Below are positions 17,587 through 26,771 of a DNA stretch of 36,110 bases, one piece after another (the stretch's first letter is position 1; each line of letters begins with the position of its first letter). The DNA comes from Candidatus Uhrbacteria bacterium (GTDB lineage: Bacteria; Patescibacteriota; Patescibacteriia; JACQRZ01): the NCBI GenBank assembly GCA_016209345.1, contig JACQWH010000011.1:1-36110 (forward strand), in the 5' to 3' direction. The notes below the pieces were generated by a model that saw only the letters and a program-made list of their open reading frames with translations, was not told the DNA's origin and did no database searches. Both the position numbers and the translations under genes were made by a program.

Positions 17587-18495
17587 TTAAAAATAGCAAC
17601 CCCAAGAATCCATATCAACCGATCTGACAAACGACAAGTCATCTTTGATTTTCTTCTTCCAATAGTATCCTTTATCCTCATCCACGGTAAGCATCTCAAA
17701 ATAGCTTTCGTCGTTCGCTTGAGAGGGAAACATATCTTCAGGAAAAACATCCTCCGCTGAGGAAATGAGATTATTCAATCGAAGATATGTTTGAAGCATC
17801 GCCTTTGCCGAGCGAGGAACGTGTATAATGAGCCCGCTGGGAATTTCAGTTATCTCGCAGTCAAAATTTGGAGTCGAATTATCTAGACGATTATTGAATA
17901 AAGGGATTGGGATTGTGGGCGGTTTTTGATAAAAAATATTATTTGAGTATAAATAAATATTGATGAAAAAAAGTGTAGCCGAGAATATGGCTATAATGAT
18001 ATTATATCGTACTTTCCTCCGCCGTGAATAATAGAGAGGTACTAAGCAGAGCGCGCAAACGCTAACGATTAAAAAAAATAAGTTTGCGGAAGTATAGAAA
18101 ATATCTTGGAGTGGTCTAGAATAACCAAATGCAGGATTATAATCGAAAATACTCTCAAGTGTGTAGTTTATGCCGCCTGCGAGAAGAAAAAATAGAGCGG
18201 CGGAGATATAGAACGTATAGACAAAAGATGTTGCTTTTGTTCGTGTAAAGAAGCGCCTAAGCATAAGGACTAGAGCACATATGCCTATCACCGCGACGAC
18301 ATAGAGCAAGACAACTCTTCTTAAAGGGTACGAATCACGAATAGCCGAAAGAGAATCGGTCAACTCCAACATTAGATATGTCCCCACAACAACAAAAAAA
18401 ATTGCAGAGATGATAAAAAAAATGTTCAACACGAATATGAAAAAATGCTTCACTGTTTTTATGATCATACCGCTATTGTAGAATAAAGAATCCAC
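17587..18495 (-). CDS. hypothetical polytopic membrane protein with a C-terminal soluble domain
   Basis: 302-aa ORF with about 6 hydrophobic helices in the first ~200 aa. It lies in a clearly AT-rich stretch. No family recognised. Confidence 0.5.
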   Translation of the reverse strand: MDSLFYNSGMIIKTVKHFFIFVLNIFFIISAIFFVVVGTYLMLELTDSLSAIRDSYPLRRVVLLYVVAVIGICALVLMLRRFFTRTKATSFVYTFYISAALFFLLAGGINYTLESIFDYNPAFGYSRPLQDIFYTSANLFFLIVSVCALCLVPLYYSRRRKVRYNIIIAIFSATLFFINIYLYSNNIFYQKPPTIPIPLFNNRLDNSTPNFDCEITEIPSGLIIHVPRSAKAMLQTYLRLNNLISSAEDVFPEDMFPSQANDESYFEMLTVDEDKGYYWKKKIKDDLSFVRSVDMDSWGCYF

Positions 18496-18578
18496 TCAAG
18501 CAAGCGAATGCCACGAAAGCATGAACTGTGATCGTACTTGATGCGCGATCCAACCATAAGATTAAAATCATTTTTAGC

Positions 18579-18632
18579 ATGGATCCCAGCCGGAGTTTAT
18601 CCCGAGTATTTCCGAGGGACAGGGATGACAGG
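18579..18632 (-). repeat. hairpin repeat copy R11 (degenerate), overlapping the miaB 3' end
   Basis: The minus strand reads CCTGTCATCCCTGTCCCTCGGAAATACTCGGGATAAACTCCGGCTGGGATCCAT (GTCATCCC head ... GGGATCCA tail). It encodes the last residues PVIPVPRKYSG and the stop of miaB. Confidence 0.7.
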
Positions 18633-19964
18633 GGCGGAGCCATACAATATCCACTCCACCGCGCGGTCGATGGTGACGCTCTGTATCGTGCCGATGAACG
18701 ATTCATCGCCTCTGAAAATAACGCGCTTCATCTCTCGCGAGTTTCCACTGCAAAGTCCCTTTTCGCACGACTCAACCAAAACCGATACGGTGCGGCCGAC
18801 ATATGCCTGATTCTTGCGAAGCGCTGTTTCCTCCATCAACCTTTGCAACTCATTCCAGCGTCGCTTCTTCTCCAGACGTGAAACATCGTCTTTATACATC
18901 CGCGCGCCGGCGGTGCCGGAACGAACGGAATATTGCGCGGTGTAGGCAATGTCAAAGTCGCATTCCCTATACAAATCCATTGTCTGTTCAAAATCCTCAT
19001 CTGTTTCACCGCTAAATCCAACAATAATGTCAGTGCCCAGCGCGATGCCGGGTTTTACTGCACGAATCTCTTTAACTTTATCAATATAATACTCTCGCGT
19101 ATAGGGGCGATTCATACGCTTCAGCACCGTATTACTCCCCGCTTGCACGGGCAGATGAATATAGTTGATGTCCTTTGGCATTGTAAGCGCCGCGACGGTC
19201 TGCTCATCCATATACTGTGGGTGTGGCGCAGTAAAATGAATCCTTTCTATTCCATCAATCTGATTAACCTCCCACATGAGCGCCGCAAAGCCATTTTTTG
19301 AGTAATCAAGGGGATTGTCTTTTGAAAAATTTTCTTTGTCTGGCGGATTATACAAATTAACGCACTGTCCCAAAAGCGTTATCTCAAGGACACCTGAGAC
19401 GGCAAGACCGCGCGCCTCATCAAGCACATCAATAAGCGGCCGATCTTTTTGCCGACCGCGGGCATAGGGGACCACACAGTATGTGCAAAATTTATTGCAC
19501 CCATTGCTAATCGCAAGATACGCCTGAAATGTATTCGAATAGGAGGGTGCGATTTTCAGATAATGATCGTACTCATCTCCCACCCCGGACGGATCAATCA
19601 ACGTTGGATTGAGCCCGCTCAAAGCTCGCGGAAGATGAATCATCTCCTCGGTTGGAAAGAACAAATCAACAGCCGAGAGTCGCTCCCTGATCTTACCGTC
19701 ATGATCGCGCCCCGCCATACACCCCGTGATTGCCACGATGAGATTGGGATTGTTTTTTTTGAGTTGCTCAAGAGTGCGATGAATACCGTATACACGATCT
19801 TCCGCCTTTTGACGCACAGCGCATGTGTTATAGATCAACACATCTGCCCGCTCCTCATCATCCGTGCACACAAGACCGCTCCGAGTCAAAATTGAGCTTA
19901 ATCGTTCAGAATCCGACTTGTTCATCTGGCATCCGAATGTGATGATTTTATACATTCCGGGCAT
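18597..19964 (-). CDS. miaB: tRNA-i6A37 methylthiotransferase (radical SAM MTTase)
   Basis: N-terminal UPF0004 domain (TFGCQMNKSDSE, YNTCAVRQKAE), radical-SAM CNKFCTYCVVP, and a C-terminal TRAM domain (VGRTVSVLVE...). An alternative start is at ATG 19955. Confidence 0.9.
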   Translation of the reverse strand: MPGMYKIITFGCQMNKSDSERLSSILTRSGLVCTDDEERADVLIYNTCAVRQKAEDRVYGIHRTLEQLKKNNPNLIVAITGCMAGRDHDGKIRERLSAVDLFFPTEEMIHLPRALSGLNPTLIDPSGVGDEYDHYLKIAPSYSNTFQAYLAISNGCNKFCTYCVVPYARGRQKDRPLIDVLDEARGLAVSGVLEITLLGQCVNLYNPPDKENFSKDNPLDYSKNGFAALMWEVNQIDGIERIHFTAPHPQYMDEQTVAALTMPKDINYIHLPVQAGSNTVLKRMNRPYTREYYIDKVKEIRAVKPGIALGTDIIVGFSGETDEDFEQTMDLYRECDFDIAYTAQYSVRSGTAGARMYKDDVSRLEKKRRWNELQRLMEETALRKNQAYVGRTVSVLVESCEKGLCSGNSREMKRVIFRGDESFIGTIQSVTIDRAVEWILYGSAPVIPVPRKYSG

Positions 19965-20135
19965 ATATCTGCCAATGATATATCAAGCACAAAACGAGTC
20001 AAAATGTCAGTATCGGTTGCTTAGCCGGCACTATAGGGGCAACTTTTTCCCGTACCGATTACTTATAACATTTATGACAATAAACCCCTGATACGCGCAA
20101 CAATCGCGCAATAAATCTCACATTAAAAAAGTGCT

Positions 20136-21890
20136 TCAAAGCTCATGCGATCTGCTCACAATCTTCTCTGTTGCGTGGCGAATAAAATCTTCTCGTGTGC
20201 TCTCAATGGTATCCTTTGATCCGCGTTTGCGTACCGATAGAACTTTGAGATCCTTTTCCTTATCGCCAATCACGAGCATATAGGGTACTTTCATTTTCTC
20301 GGCATTTCGGATTTTTTTACCAACACTCTCACTTGAATCATCAACCGTCGCGCGGATCGACTGCGCGGTCAGCTGATCTGCGAGCTGTTTACACGCTTCA
20401 GTATGTGTAAGCCCCACCGGTAATACTTGCACCTGCACCGGGGAAAGCCAAAGCGGAAACGCTCCGGCAAAATGCTCTATGATAACGCCGAGAAACCGTT
20501 CCGTGGAACCCAAAATGGCGCGGTGTATTACAACCGGCCGTTGTTTTGAGTTGTCGTCTGCCGTATATTCAAGTTCAAAACGCTCCGGCAGATTCATGTC
20601 AAGCTGAATGGTCGAAAGCTGCCATTCTCTGCCAATCGCGTCTTTTGCCATGAAATCAAGTTTTGGACCATAAAACGCCGCCTCACCCACTCCCGTACTG
20701 TGCGTCCATCCACGATTCTCGATGAGCCGTGACAGGGCTTCTTCAGACGTCCGCCATACGTCTGGATTACCAATATAGTTATCCTTATTGGCCGGATCAT
20801 GCGTTGAAATGCGCACCCAAAAATTATCAAAATGAAACGCGCGGTAGGTCTCATCGATCATATCAAGCATAAGGTTTACCTCTTGCTCTATCTGGCTGGG
20901 CAGGCAAAAAACATGGCAGTCATCCTGCGTTAATGCGCGAACGCGAGTAAGACCGGACAGCTCTCCGCTTTTTTCATATCGATAATTTGTTGTCGTGCAT
21001 GTCCAGCGCACCGGCATCTCGCGATATGAATGAGGGTTTTCCTTATAGAGCATCATGAAGTGGGGACAGTTCATCGGCTTGATATAATACGAGTCCTCAT
21101 CGGGAAGCTCCATTGGCGGATAGAGGGCGTCGTATTTCTGCAGGTGCCCCGAAATCTCATACAGGCGTTTTTTCGTGATGTGGGGAATCCATATCGGCTC
21201 ATATCCTCTCCGCTCTTGCGCTTCGATGATAAAGTTTTCCACCAATCGCCGCAATAGCGCGCCTTTCGGATAAAACAGCGGGAGACCGGCGCCGACCTCA
21301 TCAACAAGCGCAAACAGCTGCAGCTCTTTCCCGAGTTTTCTATGATCACGTTTTTTCGCTTCCTCCTGGTCATGGAGATATTGATCAAGCTCCGCTTTTG
21401 TCGCAAATGCCAATCCATAGATACGCGTGAGCATTGGGTTCTTCTCGCTGCCGCGCCAATAGGCACCGGCCAAATGCGTCAGTTTGAACGCGCCCGCGTC
21501 TATCTGTGATGCATTCTCCGCATGGCCCCCCCGGCACAAATCCTGAAAATCGCCCCAGGTATAAATCGTTATCGCCTCACCCTTTTCCGCAATATCACAG
21601 ATAAGCTCTTTTTTAAACTCATTGTCTGCAAACAGCGCCAACGCCTCTTCTTTCGATACTGTTTTTGAGCCGACCAATGTCCATGTTTTCAATATCGAAC
21701 GCATTGTCTTCTCTATTACCGCAAGGTCGTCTGATGATATCGGATGCGAGAAATCAAAGTCATAATAAAATCCATTATCTATCGCTGGCCCGATAGTCGG
21801 CCTGGCGTCGGGATAATGCGTAAGCACTGAAGATGCAAGCAAGTGGGCAAGCGTATGCCGCGCATGTTCCAGTTTTGTGCGTTCATCCAT
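20136..21890 (-). CDS. thrS: threonine--tRNA ligase (no N-terminal TGS domain)
   Basis: Editing-domain HTLAHLLA at the N-terminus, class II motifs (FRNE-like 'YRYEKSGELSGLTRVRALTQDD', 'GPKLDF', 'HRAILGSTERF') and an anticodon-binding domain. Start set at ATG 21890 (MDERTK), because the longer ORF start abuts a terminator. Confidence 0.92.
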   Translation of the reverse strand: MDERTKLEHARHTLAHLLASSVLTHYPDARPTIGPAIDNGFYYDFDFSHPISSDDLAVIEKTMRSILKTWTLVGSKTVSKEEALALFADNEFKKELICDIAEKGEAITIYTWGDFQDLCRGGHAENASQIDAGAFKLTHLAGAYWRGSEKNPMLTRIYGLAFATKAELDQYLHDQEEAKKRDHRKLGKELQLFALVDEVGAGLPLFYPKGALLRRLVENFIIEAQERRGYEPIWIPHITKKRLYEISGHLQKYDALYPPMELPDEDSYYIKPMNCPHFMMLYKENPHSYREMPVRWTCTTTNYRYEKSGELSGLTRVRALTQDDCHVFCLPSQIEQEVNLMLDMIDETYRAFHFDNFWVRISTHDPANKDNYIGNPDVWRTSEEALSRLIENRGWTHSTGVGEAAFYGPKLDFMAKDAIGREWQLSTIQLDMNLPERFELEYTADDNSKQRPVVIHRAILGSTERFLGVIIEHFAGAFPLWLSPVQVQVLPVGLTHTEACKQLADQLTAQSIRATVDDSSESVGKKIRNAEKMKVPYMLVIGDKEKDLKVLSVRKRGSKDTIESTREDFIRHATEKIVSRSHEL

Positions 21891-21938
21891 AGGATACTGT
21901 CTATACAAATAATGATGAAATTGTATCTCACGTAGCAT

Positions 21939-21969
21939 AAAAAAACAAGTCCGGCTGAGCGGGCTTGTT
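21939..21969 (-). terminator. rho-independent terminator
   Basis: Minus-strand RNA AACAAGCCC-GCUCAGCC-GGACUUGUU followed by a U run: a 9-bp stem with one mismatch, then U7. Confidence 0.55.
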
Positions 21970-21982
21970 CTTATGCTATAAG

Positions 21983-22006
21983 AAAAAACGGCGGCAGATT
22001 ACCGCC
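21983..22006 (-). terminator. weak terminator-like hairpin overlapping the stop codon of the upstream gene
   Basis: Minus-strand GGCGG-UAAUCUG-CCGCC followed by GUUUUUUC. The stem is only 5 GC pairs. Confidence 0.35.
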
Positions 22007-23159
22007 CTTTCAAAATCCGAATGGTAATGTGATCTATCAGAAGCGGAGCGGTGGTCACCCAAAAGGGATAAAACGCAACTGAAACATCGGAAATATCATC
22101 ATATCCCCGAAAATACTCGACAATGTCATCGCGGGAAAGGCCAATGAGATCTTTTTTATGGTAGGGCTGCAAGTCGTCGGTTCGTATCTTGCCTCCGGTT
22201 GCCTGCACGGACAGCGTCGCGGCGTGTGCTGCGGGATCGATTCGAACGATTGCTGACTGAATATCTGATGGCAGAGGATCAATTAGCTGATACCCTGATG
22301 ATAGGTTTCCAAGCAATGCTTCATGCAAGACCGCGTTAAATTTCTGTTCATCGTACAACACGGCAGTAAATCTTGCTTTCAGTGTAAGAGTAAACTCTTT
22401 TGCCTGCTCTCCGACAGCATGATCCGACGTCCTGTCAACACTATCAGAACGAATGGCGCTGGCGACCGAGGATGCGCTTACCTTCGTCTTTTCCGCGTCG
22501 AGCATCAATTCAAACTTCTTCTCAAGTTGTTTGAGAAGCTCGCTTTGGGCATTTGAGATGTCCGCATCTGTGACGGTGCGAACCTCCCGGGCTCCCGCCG
22601 TCCCTTTTATGAATGAAACGCCATAGATCTGTTTTTGCGCCTCGGGCCAAAGTGCCGGCAGTATAAAACGCATACCACTCAAATTTCCCGGATCGCCGCT
22701 TGCATCCGCAACCACTGCAACATCGGCTTGACCATTGGCAGGGACGGTGACGAACTCCGTCGACCGAAACAATACGTTTCCGGAAGAAAGAAAACGCGTT
22801 GTCGCGCGAAGCGGCTGCGGCCGGCCCGACGTATTGACCACTGTCAGCGTTCCGCTTACTTTTTCCTGAACCGTGTTTACCGCTGTCGGCGTAAAGGTAC
22901 CGGCCGCCTCAAGCTCTTGCTGAATCACCGCTCCCGAAACAGCGCCGGCAATGGAAAGCGGCTCCTCTTGAACAACAAGAGACACCGTATCTGATACCTG
23001 CTTGACCGTCGGGGTAATCGTCACGGTTGCCCATGAAAAAGAAACCGCGAAAATAACAATCGCGACAATGACCGATATGCTAAAAAAGGTAAGAGCGATT
23101 TTACGATACAAAAAAGAGCGAGCATCGTTGTTTTTCTTAAAAAGCCGTCGAAGAAACAT
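21999..23159 (-). CDS. hypothetical membrane-anchored protein
   Basis: ORF with one N-terminal TM helix (IALTFFSISVIVAIVIFAVSF) and a long Thr/Val/Ala-rich ectodomain. Start moved to ATG 23159 (MFLRRLFKK) to avoid overlapping the dnaE 3' end. No family recognised. Confidence 0.5.
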   Translation of the reverse strand: MFLRRLFKKNNDARSFLYRKIALTFFSISVIVAIVIFAVSFSWATVTITPTVKQVSDTVSLVVQEEPLSIAGAVSGAVIQQELEAAGTFTPTAVNTVQEKVSGTLTVVNTSGRPQPLRATTRFLSSGNVLFRSTEFVTVPANGQADVAVVADASGDPGNLSGMRFILPALWPEAQKQIYGVSFIKGTAGAREVRTVTDADISNAQSELLKQLEKKFELMLDAEKTKVSASSVASAIRSDSVDRTSDHAVGEQAKEFTLTLKARFTAVLYDEQKFNAVLHEALLGNLSSGYQLIDPLPSDIQSAIVRIDPAAHAATLSVQATGGKIRTDDLQPYHKKDLIGLSRDDIVEYFRGYDDISDVSVAFYPFWVTTAPLLIDHITIRILKGR

Positions 23160-23169
23160 AGTATGAAAA

Positions 23170-26100
23170 TTAGGAATAATTATTGGCGTGAGCGAAGCCC
23201 ATCTCGTCTGACTCATTCAGTTGGGCGTTTGCATTGGGTGCAAGAGATGCAAGCTGAGCCAGCAAGGCGTCATCTACAGCTCGCACCTTTGAACAAATAA
23301 TCTTTAACTCATTGTCCTTTCTCGATACACGACCCTCGACTGCCAGAATCGTCTCATCGCTCCAAAACGGTGCGGTATCCTTATACACGCTCGGAAATAC
23401 AATAACCTCAACCGATCCGCTTAAATCCTCCGCATAAGCAAAAAGCATCGTTTCATTCTTTTTCGTTATTACCTTTTTGCTCCCGGTGATAATGGCACAT
23501 ACGCGAACGATTGAGTCGTCTGATTTAGAAGCCAACTCAGCGCACTGTGTCACATACGCCCTCACCAGCGGCTCTATCGCCTTGAGCGGATGCTCGGTAA
23601 GGTAGAGCCCCAAAAGCTCCTTTTCCCAGCGAAGACGAACCCTGCTATCTAGCGATGGGGCATCCTGCAATATGAGCAGCGGCTTTTGCGCCAGCAGCGA
23701 TCCAAAAAGCGATGCTTGTCGCGATTCGACTGCCCCGATCGCGCTTCGATGATACGCAAGCATTCTTTCTATATTATAATACATTTTATTACGATCATCA
23801 AATCTATCCAGTGCTCCGCTGCGGATCAAGCTTTCCAGCGACTTCTTGTGTAAATCCTTATCAGGTACGCGCTCAAGGAAATCAACAAGCGAAGCATAGG
23901 GACCGTGCGCTGCTCTCTCGGCAACAATCGAGTCAACGACGTGTTCTCCAATATTTTTTATCGCAAGCAATCCAAAGCGGATCAGTGATGACGAATCGGA
24001 TGCGGGAGCGCGGACAACGGTAAATGACTTGAAGCTCTCATTGACATCCGGCGGCTCGACGGTAATGCCCATCTGTCTGCATTCCTCAATTTCAATGGCA
24101 ATACGATCGGAATTATGCTGATCTGCCGTGAGAAGCGCTGCCATAAACTCCGCGGGATAGTGCGCCTTCATATACGCCGTCTGATACGCAATGAGCGCGT
24201 AACACGCCGCATGACTTCTGTTAAACCCATAGCCGGCAAACGGCTCGATAAATTCAAAAATTTTGACGGCCAAGTCCTTCGAAATGCCTCTGCCAACACA
24301 GCCGGAAATAAATTTAACTTTCTGCTCGGCAAGAAGTTTTGAAATCTTTTTTCCCACGGCCTTGCGAAGCACGTCCGCTTCACCGAGCGTAAATCCCGCC
24401 AAGTCCTGTACAATACGCATCACTTGCTCCTGGTAGACGGCTATTCCGTATGTTTTTGACAGGATTGGTTCAAGAAGGGGGTGGAGATAATGGGGTTTTT
24501 TAATCCCCTTCTTCCCGGCAATAAACTCGGGGATGAGATCCATGGGGCCCGGCCGATACAGCGCTACCATCGCGATAATATCTTCCATTTCATTGGGGCG
24601 TAGCGCCTTGAGATATCGCTTCATTCCCGCGCTTTCAAGCTGAAAAACGCCCGTTGTCTTTCCGTCCTGCAAAAGGCGGTATGTTGCCCTGTCGTCCAAT
24701 GGAATCGAATCATATTCAATAAGCACTCCCCGCGTTTGGCGGACGATTCCTTGCGCATTTTCAAGAATTGTGAGGTTGCTCAGTCCAAGAAAATCAATTT
24801 TAAGCAATCCAAGATCCTCAACGGAGTGCAGTGAATACTGTGTGATAATGGTCTTGTCGTCGGGAGATGCGTATTGGCATGGTACGTATTCGGTAAGCGG
24901 CTTCGGAGTGATGACAACGCCACAGGCGTGCGTTGAAGTGTGCCGCGCCACTCCTTCAAGTTTTCCGGCGATGTTCATAATCGCTTTCGCGTCGGGATTA
25001 TTCGCAATAAGATGCGCGAGCTCCGGCACCGATTCCGACGCCTGAGTCAGGGTCATATTCGCAGGAATCATTTTTGCCAGCATATCGCAAAAGGAATACG
25101 GCATGCTCAGCACGCGCCCGACGTCGCGGATCGATACGCGAGCCGCCATCGTGCCAAATGTAATAATCTGGGCAACATGGTCCTTGCCGTATTTTTCCTC
25201 AACGTACGAAAGCACCTCATCGCGCCGCGAATCCGCAAAATCAAGATCGATATCAGGCATGGAAACGCGTTCGGGATTAAGAAACCGTTCAAAATACAAA
25301 TCGTACGCGATCGGATCAATATTGGTAATCTTAAGCAAATACGCAACGATGCTGCCCGCCGCGCTCCCCCTCCCCGGGCCGACAACAATACCCTGCCGCT
25401 TTGCCCAAGCAACGAATTCCTGCACGATTAAAAAATATGATGCAAATCCCGCCTTGAGTATCACGCCAAGCTCATAGTCAAGCCGTACGCGCACGTCTGC
25501 CGTTTGCCTGTCGGGATACCGCTCGAGGATACCTTCGTCGCAGAGGCGATGAAGCTCCTGCTCCGGACTCGTGCCATGCGGAAGAGCATACTCGGGCAAA
25601 ATCGTTTTACCGAATGAGAGATGTACATCCGACTGCTCAGCGATGCGACCCGTATTGTCAATCGCCGAAGGGACATCGGAAAACGCCTCAATAAGCGCCG
25701 AACCGTCGGTAAATGAAAAATCCTCGCCCAACATGCACATTCTGTTCGTGTCGCTCTTCTCCTTCTTTGTCTGAAGACACAACAGCACATCGTGCGCGTC
25801 GGCGTCATCGCTCGTAAGATAATGAGAGTCAAGCGTTGCAACCAGCCCCACGCCCAGTTCTGTCGAAAGATTCTTGAGTGCCGTATTTATGACATCCTGA
25901 TCGGGCAAATGCGGATGGTGTTGAAGTTCAAAATAAAAATCATGCCCGAAAATATCGAGAAAGCGCTGTGCAATAGGTCGCGGATCCCTACCCTCAAGAA
26001 TGGCTTGCCCAAGGGGACCGTTTATGCACGCGGATGTCGCGATAAGCCCGTCGTGATGCTTTTCCAGCAGCTCGAAATCAACGCGCGGACGATAGTAAAA

Positions 26101-26448
26101 ACCCTCCAAATGCGCGCTGGTCACCAGTTTCAACAAATTTCTATACCCCTGTTCATCTTTTACAAGAAGTATGAGGTGGTTTCGCTTGTCGTGCTCCTTG
26201 CCACCCTTATCATGCCGGCTCGCATCGGTAAGATACGTTTCAACGCCGATAATCGGCTTAATTCCAGCCCTTTTGCATGCTTTATAAAATTCAATCGCGC
26301 CATACAGCGCACCATGGTCGGTCAGCGCCAAGGCGGTCATGCCAAACGAAACGGCACGCTCGACAAGTCCCTCGATTCGCGCAAGCCCATCGAGCAAACT
26401 GAAATGACTATGGGTATGGAGGTTAACAAATCTGGACTGCACAGACAA
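23170..26448 (-). CDS. dnaE: DNA polymerase III alpha subunit
   Basis: 1092 aa. PHP domain (FVNLHTHSHFSLLDG, LALTDHG), the palm (PGRGSAAGS, PDIDLDF), the fingers (GLLKIDFLGL, YRPGPM, FNRSHAACYA) and a C-terminal OB fold. Confidence 0.95.
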   Translation of the reverse strand: MSVQSRFVNLHTHSHFSLLDGLARIEGLVERAVSFGMTALALTDHGALYGAIEFYKACKRAGIKPIIGVETYLTDASRHDKGGKEHDKRNHLILLVKDEQGYRNLLKLVTSAHLEGFYYRPRVDFELLEKHHDGLIATSACINGPLGQAILEGRDPRPIAQRFLDIFGHDFYFELQHHPHLPDQDVINTALKNLSTELGVGLVATLDSHYLTSDDADAHDVLLCLQTKKEKSDTNRMCMLGEDFSFTDGSALIEAFSDVPSAIDNTGRIAEQSDVHLSFGKTILPEYALPHGTSPEQELHRLCDEGILERYPDRQTADVRVRLDYELGVILKAGFASYFLIVQEFVAWAKRQGIVVGPGRGSAAGSIVAYLLKITNIDPIAYDLYFERFLNPERVSMPDIDLDFADSRRDEVLSYVEEKYGKDHVAQIITFGTMAARVSIRDVGRVLSMPYSFCDMLAKMIPANMTLTQASESVPELAHLIANNPDAKAIMNIAGKLEGVARHTSTHACGVVITPKPLTEYVPCQYASPDDKTIITQYSLHSVEDLGLLKIDFLGLSNLTILENAQGIVRQTRGVLIEYDSIPLDDRATYRLLQDGKTTGVFQLESAGMKRYLKALRPNEMEDIIAMVALYRPGPMDLIPEFIAGKKGIKKPHYLHPLLEPILSKTYGIAVYQEQVMRIVQDLAGFTLGEADVLRKAVGKKISKLLAEQKVKFISGCVGRGISKDLAVKIFEFIEPFAGYGFNRSHAACYALIAYQTAYMKAHYPAEFMAALLTADQHNSDRIAIEIEECRQMGITVEPPDVNESFKSFTVVRAPASDSSSLIRFGLLAIKNIGEHVVDSIVAERAAHGPYASLVDFLERVPDKDLHKKSLESLIRSGALDRFDDRNKMYYNIERMLAYHRSAIGAVESRQASLFGSLLAQKPLLILQDAPSLDSRVRLRWEKELLGLYLTEHPLKAIEPLVRAYVTQCAELASKSDDSIVRVCAIITGSKKVITKKNETMLFAYAEDLSGSVEVIVFPSVYKDTAPFWSDETILAVEGRVSRKDNELKIICSKVRAVDDALLAQLASLAPNANAQLNESDEMGFAHANNYS

Positions 26449-26453
26449 TGGTA

Positions 26454-26762
26454 TTATTCCTCATGCGATTGCGCTTGCTTTTTCCGCGTTGTGCGTTTGC
26501 GGTCACGAGACACCGCGTAGGCGGCTCCGGCCGCTTTGAGCGTCTGGAGACCAATCTCGATAATGTTTTTTAATGAGGCGATTGAATGAAGCGCCTCTGA
26601 GAACCGATAGACGCATTGCTGTATGTTCTGCTCCGTCTGGCGCGAAACCGCGCCCCAAATCTGCAATATGCGCGTAAGGTAATACAGCGCGGCGCATGCA
26701 AATCCCGTAAGGAATATGATACAAATGGTTGCGACGAGCAAGAACAAGTCGTATGCAGTCAT
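26454..26762 (-). CDS. hypothetical small membrane protein
   Basis: 102-aa ORF with one N-terminal TM helix and a basic C-terminal tail. It is packed 5 nt upstream of dnaE and 9 nt downstream of the preceding gene. Confidence 0.4.
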   Translation of the reverse strand: MTAYDLFLLVATICIIFLTGFACAALYYLTRILQIWGAVSRQTEQNIQQCVYRFSEALHSIASLKNIIEIGLQTLKAAGAAYAVSRDRKRTTRKKQAQSHEE

Positions 26763-26771
26763 ATAAAAAAA

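Noticed and set aside
25792-26520. 242-aa plus-strand ORF, with the many other 60-170-aa ORFs antisense to dnaE, gatB, thrS, serS, lysS and ftsQ (e.g. 12797-13303, 24940-25431, 31461-32015, 32743-33285, 34744-35181).
   Set aside because: They lie entirely inside strongly supported genes on the opposite strand and have low-complexity Arg/Ser/Cys-rich composition. They are shadow ORFs.
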